From the NCBI RefSeq assembly GCF_044704955.1, contig NC_091977.1, positions 195,176,001 to 195,240,000 on the forward strand: 64,000 nt of DNA, given 5' to 3'. This DNA is from Pristiophorus japonicus. Taxonomy: Eukaryota. A model generated the notes under the pieces. That model saw only the letters and a list, made by a program, of their open reading frames with translations, was not told the DNA's origin and did no database searches. Positions 50,511 to 61,405 of this stretch are shown here, piece by piece. The position numbers and the translations under genes were made by a program. The stretch's first letter is position 1; each line of letters starts with the position of its first letter.

Positions 50511-51274
50511 ACTATACTTTCAAAAACATTTTGAAAGTGGTACTGAAAGTGTGAAATATAAACAAGTCCTGGATATACACTGCATCACTAAAGAGCAAAT
50601 AACAAAAAGGCAGATTAATATTTTAAATATAGACCCTTCATCTATAGTTAGCCCCGATTCAAACAAGTAGATATGTTATACAATCATCACACTTGTCTGT
50701 GTTGCCACATATTGGAATGCACATCATTTATATTTAATTTCAAAGCTCCATTAAAGAATATATACATGAAATAGCAAACTTTACAAGCACCAATTGGAAG
50801 AAATAGATTTTAACTTTGCTTTGAGTATGTTAATGCATAAAAATGAGAACGGATTTTCAGCAAAATGGGAGTATGAAAAAAAACTTGCAAAGGTATCAAA
50901 TCTAATGTTTCCTCTTGGTTACAGTTTTCATTACATTTTTCTGTATAGTTTAAGGAAATAATAGAACTGATCAGGCTTTGAGGATCAGGCACATCACCCA
51001 CAAATTCTGACATCCATAATCATAATTCAAAAGTCTTCAAGCGTACCATGCATGACATCTTCTGAGAGAGCAGGAAGAGACAATAATGCTTCTCTTTCAC
51101 AAAATATTTTTCCTTTGACTTGTTATGGGCAGCCAGTTGACCCCGCTTGGGGAATTCTTCACTGGAAAGACGAGCTATGTGTAATTACATGAGCTTCCTG
51201 GAACTCTCTTATCATGAGCATTCTGGTCAACATTTTCAGCATTTTATGTTTTTAATTTATTTCCAGAGTACTCA

Positions 51275-51712
51275 ATGACTGAGCATCCACAGCTCTCTGG
51301 GGTAGAGAATTCCAAAGATTCACAACACTTGAGTGAAGAAATTTCTCCTCATCTCAGTCCTAAATGGCCGACCCCTTATTCTGAGACTGTGTCCCTTGGT
51401 TCTGGACTCCCCAGCTAGAGGAGACATTCTCCCTGCATCTACCCTGTTAAACCCCTTAAGAATGTTGTATGTTTCAATTAGATAACCTCTCATTATTCTA
51501 AACTCTAGGGAATATAGGCCTAGTCTACTCAATCTCTCCTCATAGGACAATCCCCCGTCCCAGGAATCCGTTTAGTGAACTTTTGTTGCACTCCCTCTAA
51601 GGCATGTATATCCTTCCTTGGGTAAGGAAAACAAACTGTACACATTACTCCAAGTGTAGCCTCACCAAGGTCCTATATAATTGCAGTATGACTTCTTTAC
51701 TCATATACTTAT
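51275..51712 (-). mobile_element. CR1 fragment
   Basis: MSYEERLSRLGLYSLEFR. Confidence 0.85.
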
Positions 51713-52706
51713 GTATATTGGCAGGCAAAATAGTATCAAACAATGGGCTGCCTTTAAAGAGGAGATGATTCGGGTACAGTCGAGGTACATTCCCAACTAA
51801 AGCCAGAGCTTCTTGGATGATGAAAGAGATAGAATAAGATGAAGTAGAAAAAGAGCGCATATGAAGTTGTCAGGTTGAGAATACAAGTAAGAAACAGACT
51901 GAATATAGAAAGCTCAGGGGGGATGTGAAGAAGAAAATGAGAGGCAAAGAGAGAGTATGAGAATAGATTGGCAGCCAACATAAAAGGGAATTCAAAAGTC
52001 TTTTATAGGCATATAAATAATAAACAAATAATAAGAGAAGGGGTGGGGCTGATTAGGGTCCAAAAAGGAGACATATGCATGGAGGCAGAGCATGGCTGAG
52101 GTAATAAATGAGTATTTTGCATCTGTCTTCACTATGGAAGAAGATGTTGTCAAAGTCATAGTGAAAGAGGAGGTAATGGAGATACTGCATGAGAGATAAA
52201 TTGATAAAGAGGAGGTTCTAGAAAGGCTGGCTGTACTTAAAGTTGATAAGTCACCAGGACCGGATGGGATGCATCCTTGGATGCTGAGGGAAGTTAAGGA
52301 GGAAATCGCGGACATACTGGACATAATACTTCAATCCTCCTTAGATACAGAGGTGGTGCAAGAGGATTGGAGAATTGCAAATATTACACGCTTGTTCAAA
52401 AAAGGATGTAAGGATAAACCCAGCAATTATAGGCCAGTTAGTTTAACCTCGGTGGTGGGGAAGCTTTTAGAAACGATAATCGGGGACAAAGTTAACAGTC
52501 ACTTGTACAAGTGTGGATTACTTAACGAAAGCCAGTACATATTTGTTAAAGGCAAATCACATTTAACGAACTTGATTGAGTTTTTGATGAGGTAACAGAG
52601 AGGATTGATGAGGGAAATGCGGTTGATTTGGTGTACATAGACTTCCAAAAGGCATTTGATAAAGTGCCACATAATAGGCTTGCCAGCCAAAGTTGAAGCC
52701 CATGGA

Positions 52707-53159
52707 CGCAACCGAGACTCCAGGATGGTATGTTGCCTCCCTGGTGCAAGGGTCAAAGATGTCTCGGAGTGGGTGCAGGACATTCTAAAAAGGGAGGGAG
52801 ATCAGCCAGTTGTCGTGGTGCACATTGGTACCAACGACATAGGTAAAAAAAGGGATGAGGTCCTCCGAAACGAATTTAGAGAGCTAGGAGCTAAATTAAA
52901 AAGTAGGACCTCAAAAGTAGTAATCTCGGGATTGCTACCAGTGCCACGTGATAGTCAGAGTAGGAATCGCAGGATAGCGCAGATGAATACGTGGCTTGAG
53001 CAGTGGTGCAGCAGGGAGGGATTCAAATTCCTGGGGCATTGGAACCGGTTCTGGGGGAAATGGGACCAGTACAAACTGGACGGTCTGCACCTGGGCAGGA
53101 CCGGAACCAATGTCCTAGGGGGAGTGTTTGCTAGTGATATTGGGGAGGAGTTAAACTAA
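52707..53159 (+). CDS. CR1 ORF1 C-terminal SGNH/GDSL esterase-like domain (5'-truncated)
   Basis: CLPGA (block II), VVVHIGTND (block III) and DGLHL (block V). The first 17 codons of the called ORF come from the host CR1. Confidence 0.9.
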   Translation, partial: RNRDSRMVCCLPGARVKDVSEWVQDILKREGDQPVVVVHIGTNDIGKKRDEVLRNEFRELGAKLKSRTSKVVISGLLPVPRDSQSRNRRIAQMNTWLEQWCSREGFKFLGHWNRFWGKWDQYKLDGLHLGRTGTNVLGGVFASDIGEELN

Positions 53160-53236
53160 TATGGCAGGGGGATGGGAACCAATGCAGGGAGACAGAGGGA
53201 AACAAAAAGGAGGCAAAAGCAAAAGACAGAAACGAG

Positions 53237-56143
53237 ATGAGGAAAAGTGGAGGGCAGAGAAACCCAAGGCAAAGAACAAAAAGGGCCACTGTACAGCAAA
53301 ATTCTAAAAGGACAAAGGGTGTTAAAAAAACAAGCCTGAAGGCTTTGTGTCTTAATGCAAGGAGTATCCGCAATAAGGTGGATGAATTAACTGTGCAAAT
53401 AGATGTTAACAAATATGATGTGATTGGGATTACGGAGACGTGGCTCCAGGATGATCAGGGCTGGGAACTCAACATCCAGGGGTATTCAACATTTAGGAAA
53501 GATAGAATAAAAGGAAAAGGAGATGGGGTAGCATTGCTGGTTAAGGAGGAAATTAAGGCAATAGTTCGGAAGGACATTAGCTTGGATGATGTGGAATCTA
53601 TATGGGTAGAGCTGCAGAATACCAAAGGGCAAAAAACGTTAGTGGGAGTTGTGTACAGACCTCCAAACAGTAGTAGTGATGTTGGGGAGGGCATCAAACA
53701 TGAAATTAGGGGTGCGTGCAATAAAGGTGCAGCAGTTATAATGGGTGACTTTAATATGCACACAGATTGGGTTAACCAAACTGGAAGCAATACGGTGGGG
53801 GAGGATTTCCTGGAGTGCATAAGGGATGGTTTTTTAGACCAATATGTCGAGGAACCAACTAGGGGGGAGGCCATCTTAGACTGGGTGTTGTGTAATGAGA
53901 GAGGATTAATTAGCAATCTCATTGTGCGAGACCCCTTGGGGAAGAGTGACCATAATATGGTGGAATTCTGCATTAGGATGGAGAATGAAACAGTTAATTC
54001 AGAGACCATGGTCCAGAACTTAAAGAAGGGTAACTTTGAAGGTAGGAGGCGTGAATTGGCTAGGATAGATTGGCGAATGATACTGAAGGGGTTGACTGTG
54101 GATGGGCAATGGCAGACATTTAGAGACCGCATGGATGAATTACAACAATTGTACATTCCTGTCTGGCGTAAAAATAAAAATGGGAAGGTGGCTCAACCGT
54201 GGCTATCAAGGGAAATCAGGAATAGTATTAAAGCCAAGGAAGTGGCATACAAATTGGCCAGAAATAGCAGCGAACCCGGGGACTGGGAGAAATTTAGAAC
54301 TCAGCAGAGGAGGACAAAGGGTTTGATTAGGGCAGGGAAAATGGAGTACGAGAAGAAGCTTGCAGGGAACATTAAGACGGATTGCAAAAGTTTCTATAGA
54401 TATGTAAAGAGAAAAAGGTTAGTAAAGACAAACATAGGTCCCCTGCAGTCAGAATCAGGGGAAGTCATAACGGGGAACAAAGAAATGGCGGACCAATTGA
54501 ACAAGTACTTTGGTTCGGTATTCACTGAGGAGGACACAAACAACCTTCCGGATATAAAAGGGGTCGGAGGGTCTAGTAAGGAGGAGGAACTGAGGGAAAT
54601 CCTTATTAGTCGGGAAATTGTGTTGGGGAAATTGATGGGATTGAAGACCGATAAATCCCCAGGGCCTGATGGACTGCATCCCAGAGTACTTAAGGAGGTG
54701 GCCTTGGAAATAGTGGATGCATTGACAGTCATTTTCCAACATTCCATTGACTCTGGATCAGTTCCTATGGAGTGGAGGGTAGCCAATGTAACCCCACTTT
54801 TTAAAAAAGGAGGGAGAGAGATAACAGGGAATTATAGACCGGTCAGCCTGACATCGGTAGTGGGTAAAATGATGGAATCAATTATTAAGGATGTCATAGC
54901 AGTGCATTTGGAAAGAGGTGATATGATAGGTCCAAGTCAGCATGGATTTGTGAAAGGGAAATCATGCTTGACAAATCTTCTGGAATTTTTTGAGGATGTT
55001 TCCAGTAGAGTGGACAAGGGAGAACCAGTTGATGTGGTATATTTGGACTTTCAGAAGGCTTTCGACAAGGTCCCACGCAAGAGATTAATGTGCAAAGTTA
55101 AAGCACATGGGATTGGGGGTAGTGTGCTGACATGGATTGAGAACTGGTTGTCAGACAGGAAGCAAAGAGTAGGAGTAAATGGGGACTTTTCAGAATGGCA
55201 GGCAGTGACTAGTGGGGTACCGCAAGGTTCTGTGCTGGGGCCCCAGCTGTTTACATTGTACATTAATGATTTAGATGAGGGGATTAAATGTAGTATCTCC
55301 AAATTTGCGGATGACACTAAGTTGGGTGACAGTGTGAGCTGCGAGGAGGATGCTATGAGGCTGCAGAGCGACTTGGATAGGTTAGGTGAGTGGGCAAATG
55401 CATGGCAGATGAAGTATAATGTGGATAAATGTGAGGTTATCCACTTTGGTGGTAAAAACAGAGAGACAGACTATTATCTGAATGATGACAGATTAGGAAA
55501 AGGCGAGGTGCAACGAGACCTGGGTGTCATGGTACATCAGTCATTGAAGGTTGGCATGCAGGTACAGCAGGCGGTTAAGAAAGCAAATGGCATGTTGGCC
55601 TTCATAGCGAGGGGATTTGAGTACAGGGGCAGGGAGGTGTTGCTACAGTTGTACAGGGCCTTGGTGAGGCCACACCTGGAGTATTGTGTACAGTTTTGGT
55701 CTCCTAACCTGAGGAAGGACATTCTTGCTATTGAGGGAGTGCAGCGAAGGTTCACCAGACTGATTCCCGGGATGGCGGGACTGACCTATCAAGAAAGACT
55801 GGATCAACTGGGCTTGTATTCACTGGAGTTCAGAAGAATGAGAGGGGACCTCATAGAAATGTTTAAAATTCTGACGGGGTTAGACAGGTTAGATGCAGGA
55901 AGAATGTTCCCAATGTTGGGGAAGTCCAGAACCAGGGGACACAGTCTAAGGATAAGGGGGAAGCCATTTAGGACCGAGATGAGGAGGAATTTCTTCACCC
56001 AGAGAGTGGTGAACCTGTGGAATTCTCTACCACAGAAAGTTGTTGAGGCCAATTCACTAAATATATTCAAAAAGGAGTTAGATGGAGTCCTTACTACTAG
56101 GGGAATCAAGGGGTATGGTGAGAAAGCAGGAATGGGGTACTGA
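53237..56143 (+). CDS. CR1 ORF2: APE endonuclease plus reverse transcriptase, 968 aa (frame open from 53138)
   Basis: EN: LNARSI, ITETW, VYRPP, MGDFN, LDWVL, SDHN. RT: SPGPDG, YRPVSLTS, QHGF, DFQKAFD, GVPQGSVLGP, KFADD. C-terminal RTRGH and RNFFTQRVVNLWN. Confidence 0.97.
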   Translation: MRKSGGQRNPRQRTKRATVQQNSKRTKGVKKTSLKALCLNARSIRNKVDELTVQIDVNKYDVIGITETWLQDDQGWELNIQGYSTFRKDRIKGKGDGVALLVKEEIKAIVRKDISLDDVESIWVELQNTKGQKTLVGVVYRPPNSSSDVGEGIKHEIRGACNKGAAVIMGDFNMHTDWVNQTGSNTVGEDFLECIRDGFLDQYVEEPTRGEAILDWVLCNERGLISNLIVRDPLGKSDHNMVEFCIRMENETVNSETMVQNLKKGNFEGRRRELARIDWRMILKGLTVDGQWQTFRDRMDELQQLYIPVWRKNKNGKVAQPWLSREIRNSIKAKEVAYKLARNSSEPGDWEKFRTQQRRTKGLIRAGKMEYEKKLAGNIKTDCKSFYRYVKRKRLVKTNIGPLQSESGEVITGNKEMADQLNKYFGSVFTEEDTNNLPDIKGVGGSSKEEELREILISREIVLGKLMGLKTDKSPGPDGLHPRVLKEVALEIVDALTVIFQHSIDSGSVPMEWRVANVTPLFKKGGREITGNYRPVSLTSVVGKMMESIIKDVIAVHLERGDMIGPSQHGFVKGKSCLTNLLEFFEDVSSRVDKGEPVDVVYLDFQKAFDKVPRKRLMCKVKAHGIGGSVLTWIENWLSDRKQRVGVNGDFSEWQAVTSGVPQGSVLGPQLFTLYINDLDEGIKCSISKFADDTKLGDSVSCEEDAMRLQSDLDRLGEWANAWQMKYNVDKCEVIHFGGKNRETDYYLNDDRLGKGEVQRDLGVMVHQSLKVGMQVQQAVKKANGMLAFIARGFEYRGREVLLQLYRALVRPHLEYCVQFWSPNLRKDILAIEGVQRRFTRLIPGMAGLTYQERLDQLGLYSLEFRRMRGDLIEMFKILTGLDRLDAGRMFPMLGKSRTRGHSLRIRGKPFRTEMRRNFFTQRVVNLWNSLPQKVVEANSLNIFKKELDGVLTTRGIKGYGEKAGMGY

Positions 56144-57337
56144 AGTTGCATGTTCAGCCATGAACTCATTGAATGGCGGTGCAGGCTAGAAGGGCCGAAT
56201 GGCCTACTCCTGCACCTATTTTCTATGTTTCTATGTTTCTGTGAATAAAAGGGACAGTGATAGCATGGATACAAAATTGGCTAAGTGACAGGAAAGAGCA
56301 AGTAGTGTTGAACGTTGTTTTTCAGACTGGAGGAAGTATACAGTAATGTTACCCAGGAGTCAGTACTAGGACCACTGCTTTTCTTGATAGATATTAATGA
56401 TTTAGACTTTGGTGTACAGCGCACATTTCAAAATTTGTAGATGAAATCAAACTTGAAAGTATTATGAACAGTGAGGAGAATAGTGATCGACTTCAAGAGG
56501 ATATAGACAGACTGGTGGAATGTGTGAACACATGGCAGATTAAATTTAATGCAGTAAAGTGCAAAGTGGTACATTTTGCTAGGAAGAATGAGATATAAAC
56601 TAAAGTGTGCAATCCTAAAGGGGGTGCATATACAGAGAGACGGGGGTGTATGTGTACAAATCGTTGAAGGTGGCAGGGCAGGTTGAGAAAGTGGTTAAAA
56701 CAACGTAAGGGATCCTGGGCTCTATAAATAGAGGCATTGTACAAAAGCAAGGAAGTTATGTTGAACCTTTCTAAAATACTGGTTCGGCCTCAACTGGAGT
56801 ATTGTGTCCAATTCTGGGTACCGCACTTTAGGAAGGATGTGAAGGCCTTAGAAAGGGTGCAGGAAAGATTTACAAGAATGATTCCAAGGATGAGGGACTT
56901 CAGTTACATGAATACATTGCAGAATCTGGGGTGGTTCTTCTTAGAGCAGAGAAGGTTGAGAGGAGATTTGATAGAGGTGTTCAAAATCATGAGGGTTCTA
57001 GACAGAGTAGATAGAGAGAAACTGTTCCCATTGGAGAAAGGGTCAAGAACCAGAGAACACAGATTTAAGGTGATTGGCAGAGGAACCAAAGGCGACATGA
57101 GGAAAAACCTTTTACATAGCGAGTGGTTAGGATCTGGAATGCATGCCTGAAAGGGTGGTGGAGGCAGACTCAATCATGGCTTTCAAAAGGAATTGGATAA
57201 GTACCTGAAGGGAAATAATTTGTATGGCTACGGGGAAAGTGGGACTAGCTGTAGAGCTCTTGCAGAGTGCCAGCACGGGCTCAATGGGCCGAATGGCCTC
57301 CTTCTGTGCTGTAACCATTCTATGATTCTACTCCAAT

Positions 57338-59672
57338 CATAAGAACATAAGAAATAGGAGCAGGAGTAGGCCACTTGGTTGATCTGATCCTGGCCTCAAC
57401 TCCACTTCCCCGCCCGTTCCCCAGAACACTTGACTCCCTTATCATTCAAAAATCTGTCTATCTCCACCTTAAATATATTCAATGATCCAGCCTCCACAGG
57501 TCTCTGGGGTAGAGAATTCCAAAGATTCACGACTCTTTGAGAGAAGAAATTCCTCCTCATTTCTGTTTTAAATGGGCGACGTTTTATTCTGAGACTATGC
57601 CTTCTAGTTCTAGATTCCCCCACAAAGGGAAACATCCTCTCTGCATCTACCCTGTCAAGCCCCCTCAGAATCTTGTATGTTTCAATAAGATCACCTCTCA
57701 TTCTTCTAAATTCCAAGGAGTATAGGTCCAACCTGCTCAAACTTTCTTCATATGACAACCCCTTCATCTCAGGAATCCACCTTGTGAACCTTCACTGAAC
57801 TGCTTCCAATGCAAGTATATCCTTCCTTTAAATAAGACCAAAGCTGTACGCAGTACTCCAGGTGTAGTCTTACCAACACCCTGTACAGTTGGAGTAGGAC
57901 TTCCCTACTTTTGTACTTCATCCCCTTGCAATAAAGGCCAGCATTTCATTTGCCTTCCTGATTACTTGCTGTACCTGCATGCTAACCTTTTGTATTTCAT
58001 GCACAAGAACCCCCAGATCCCTCTGTACTACAGCATTTTGTAATCGCTCCCCATTTAAATAATAATTTGCTTTTTTATTTTTCCTACCAAAATGGATAAC
58101 CTCACATTTTCCCACATTATAGTCCATCTGCCAAATTTTTGACCACTCACTGAGCCTATCTATATCCCTTTGTAGATTCTTTGCATCATCCTCACAACTT
58201 GCTTTCCCACCTATCTTTGTATCATCAGCAAGTTTGGCTACGTTACACTCAGTCCCTTCATCCAAGTCATTAATATAGATTGTAAATAATTGAGACCCCA
58301 GCCCTGTCATCATCACCTTGGAATCGAGGAAGACTGCTTCCACTCTTAGAATGAGTCCTTAGGTGGCTGAACAGTCCAATACAAGAGCCACAGTCCCTGA
58401 CACAGATGGGACAGACAGTCGTTGAGGGTAAGGGAGTGTGGGACAGGTTTGCCGCACATTCTTTCCGCTGCCTGCACTTGTTTTCTGCATGCACTCGGCG
58501 ATGAGACTCGAGGAGCTCAGCGCCCTCCCGGATGCACTTCCTCCACTCCTTCGGGCGGTCTTTGGCCAGGGTCTCCCAGGTGTCGGTGGGGATGTTGCCT
58601 TCATCGAGGCTTTGAGGGTGTCTTTGTGACTTTTCCTCTGTCCACCTTTGGCTCGGTTGCCATGAAGGAGTTCCGAGTAGAGCACTTGCTTTGGGAATCT
58701 CATGTCTGGCATACGGATAATGTGGCCTGTCCAGCGGAGCTGATCAAGTGTGGGCAATGCTTCAATACTGGGGATGTTGGCCTGGTTGAGGACGCTAATG
58801 TTGGTGTGTCTGTCCTCCCAGGGGATTTGTAGGATCTTGCGAAGGCATCGTTGGTGGTATTTCTCCAGTGACTGAGGTGTCTACTGTACTGGCCAGCTCT
58901 GTGGCACCCCACTAGTTACAGTTTGTCAGCCTGAAAATGACCCATTTATCCCGACTCTCTGTTTTCTGTTAGTTAGCCAATCCTCTATCCACACTAATAT
59001 ATTACCCCAACCCTGTGAGCTTTTATCTTGTGCAGTAACCTTTTGTGTGGCAGCTTATCGAATGCTTTCTGGAAATCCAAATATACAACATCAGCTGATT
59101 CTCCTTTATCCACTCTGTTCTTTACATGCTCAAAGAGCTCCAGATTTGTCAAACATGATTTCCCTTTCATAAAACCATGTTGGCTTTGATTGACTGTATT
59201 ATGCTTTTCCAAATGCCCTGCTAATATTTCCTTAATGATGCATTTCCAGCATTTTCCTAATGACAGATATTAGGTTAACTGGTCTATAGTTTCCTACTTT
59301 CTGTCTTTCCCCCTTGCTTAAATAGAGATGTTACATTTGTGGTTTTCCAGTCTGCTGGGACCTCTCCAGAATTTAGTGAATTTTGGTAGATTACCACCAA
59401 TGCATTCATTATCTCTGCAGCTACTTCTTTTAAGACCCTAGGATGTATGCCATCAGGTCCACCTTTAGTTCCATTAGTTTGCCTAGTACTTTATCTCTAG
59501 TGATAGTGGTTGTTTTAAGTCTTTCCCCCCCCCTCCACGCCCCCGCCCCCGCCCCTCTCCCCCCACCCCCCAATAGCTCCTTGATTATCAATTATTGGGA
59601 TGTTTTTAGTGTCTTCTACCGGAAAGACCGATACAAAATATTTGTTCAAAATCTTTGCCATTTCCTTGTTTC
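57338..59672 (-). mobile_element. CR1 fragment interrupted by an RTE
   Basis: QHGFMKGKSCLTNL, KLADDTKIGG, RRNFFSQRVVNLWNSLP; cataagaacataag tail. Confidence 0.9.
58308..58898 (-). mobile_element. RTE-clade LINE 3' fragment
   Basis: QLRWTGHIIRMPDMRFPKQVLYSEL...GGQRKSHKDTLK; CPICVRDCGSCIGLFSHLRTH. Confidence 0.9.
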
Positions 59673-60129
59673 CCATTATCAATCTGAGTAACTTTCATTC
59701 ATATTGGTCTTTAAAGCCATTACTCCCATCGCCATTTCTGCCAAAATATTGTGAACTTTGTCTGCATGGGAAATTAAGTCCAGCTCACAGATATTCTGGA
59801 AACAAACACTTGGATTCGGTCCCGGGTGCCATACACAGGACAAAATACAAAGTTGCATAATGTCTGCAAATACGTTCATTATCTGCTCCCACAATTAACA
59901 TGCCAACCGCCAAGAAATTACAGACATTTTTATCTCCTTTTGACACGAAGTGGAATGTCTCTCTTATAATTTGTTGTGTGTCTTCACTATAGCTTTCATA
60001 GAATTTGGAGAGGCGTGACTTGCCGTGTTCATGTTTGGTAGAGCTATATCATTTCACATGGTTAGGATGATCTATTTTTATATTGGCTATATGTTTTGGA
60101 TGTTAACTTTTAATTTTACCACAGCTACT

Positions 60130-60410
60130 GAAAGAAAGATATACATTTACACAGCACCCTTCAAGTCCTCAACATGTCCCAAAGGGCTTCAATAAATTAC
60201 TTTTCAAGCAGAAGAATGACCAATTAATTTGTCTTGGTGGTGTTGGTTGAGGAATAAATGTTGGCTAGGACATCAGAAGAGCTCTCTTTCCTTCGAGAAA
60301 GTGCCATGGGATCCTTTATATCCACCTGAACATGCAGATATGGCCTCAATTTAATATCTGATCCTAAAGACTGTAACTCTGCGGCACTCTCTCAATACTG
60401 CACTGAAGAT
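60130..60410 (-). mobile_element. Degenerate DeuSINE
   Basis: gttggttgaggaataaatgttggctaggaca...agtgccatgggatc is the reverse complement of the Deu domain. Confidence 0.65.
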
Positions 60411-60469
60411 GTTAATTCATAAAACATAACTGATTTACAACAAAAAATAATTTAATTAATAGCCTAATA

Positions 60470-60587
60470 CAAAAGCAAAATACTGCAGATGCTGGAAATC
60501 GGAAATAAAATCCGAAAAAGCTGGGAACACTCAGCAGGTCAGGCAGCAAATGTGGGGAGAGAAAAAGAGTTAATGTTTTAGGTCATC
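60470..60587 (-). mobile_element. Penelope terminal-repeat fragment
   Basis: aaaagcaaaatactgcagatgctggaaat...ctcagcaggtcaggcagca. Confidence 0.75.
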
Positions 60588-60649
60588 TGTTTTTATTACT
60601 TAATAACTTGTTTTTTAATGAAGAGTGCTAGCCATACTGAATTTTAGAG

Positions 60650-61291
60650 ACCAAATGATAATTTGTGGCCCCTACAGGTGTGTACGAGGTGCGCATGCAT
60701 CCGTAGGGTTTAGGCATGCGAAGCGCGTGCGCGAAAACCCATAACTTGTGATCTGTCAAGAATTCTCTTGACAGATTGCACGCACCCGAGCAAAAGGGCC
60801 TCCATGGGCAGAGACTTCTGCCTGGTAAAAGCCGGAATAAGGCCTGCTTTTACCAGCATTCCAGTTCAATACAAATAAATAATTTATACATTAACAACCC
60901 TGTGCCATAAGGTAAGTTAATTTTTAGCCCCATTAAAACGTGTAAAAAAAATTAAATTACATTTTTGTTTAAAATATGTAATTAAATGCCATCTTAATTA
61001 ATTTTAAATATGTAATCTTTTTTTATTTATTTGATGTCTAGATGTACTTTTTATGTGAGCATGAATGAGGATTCCCTTCTTTGATTGGTTGGGCTGGCCC
61101 ATGTGATGCCAGGGATGCTTGCGAACCGCATGCCCCCCCCCCTGGGATACAAGGGCCTTTACGCAGGCCTGTGCTTGCAGGCCCAAGAGCGCGAGTCTCC
61201 GTGAATCCCGATGCAGAAGGTAAGTTCGTAGATTTTTTTGCTGTTTGGAGGCATCCGTCCGCGGGAAGCCTCCGACCGCAAATTTAGCCCC
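60650..61291. mobile_element. Probable MITE (GC-rich arms, AT-rich core)
   Basis: Right end gaccgcaaatttagcccc resembles the TIRs at 63182-63884; left TIR degenerate (aatttgtggcc). Confidence 0.5.
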
Positions 61292-61405
61292 GAAGTGTTT
61301 GACATTATATGTGCTAAAATGAAAACTTGCTACAATATTTCATTACATTCACAGGTTCAGCCACATCAGATTAAAGAAGAACATTTCACGGCTGAGAAGT
61401 TGATA

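Larger units (their letters stand above)
52707..56243 (+). mobile_element. Young CR1 LINE truncated within ORF1, with intact ORF2
   Basis: ORF1 C-terminus, uninterrupted ORF2, short 3' UTR and (tttctatg)n tail; TSD only 1-2 nt at most. Confidence 0.97.
51716..57330 (+). mobile_element. Older CR1 host copy (51716-52706 and 56244-57330)
   Basis: Same family as 4141-9072. Host gaagcccatgga/ataaaagggacagtg is split by the young CR1; 3' end gtaaccattctatgattcta. Confidence 0.9.

Noticed and set aside
52656-52706. 167-aa ORF as a standalone host esterase gene
   Set aside because: It is a chimera of an off-frame host CR1 stretch and the truncated ORF1 of the nested CR1.
53455-55755. Long antisense ORFs over CR1 ORF2 (also over the other CR1 copies)
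   Set aside because: Recurrent shadow frames of the RT coding sequence with no independent motif support.
61238-61354. N-terminal 39 codons of the 264-aa ORF as part of TMEM171
   Set aside because: They lie in a MITE end and intron upstream of a clear acceptor at 61354.
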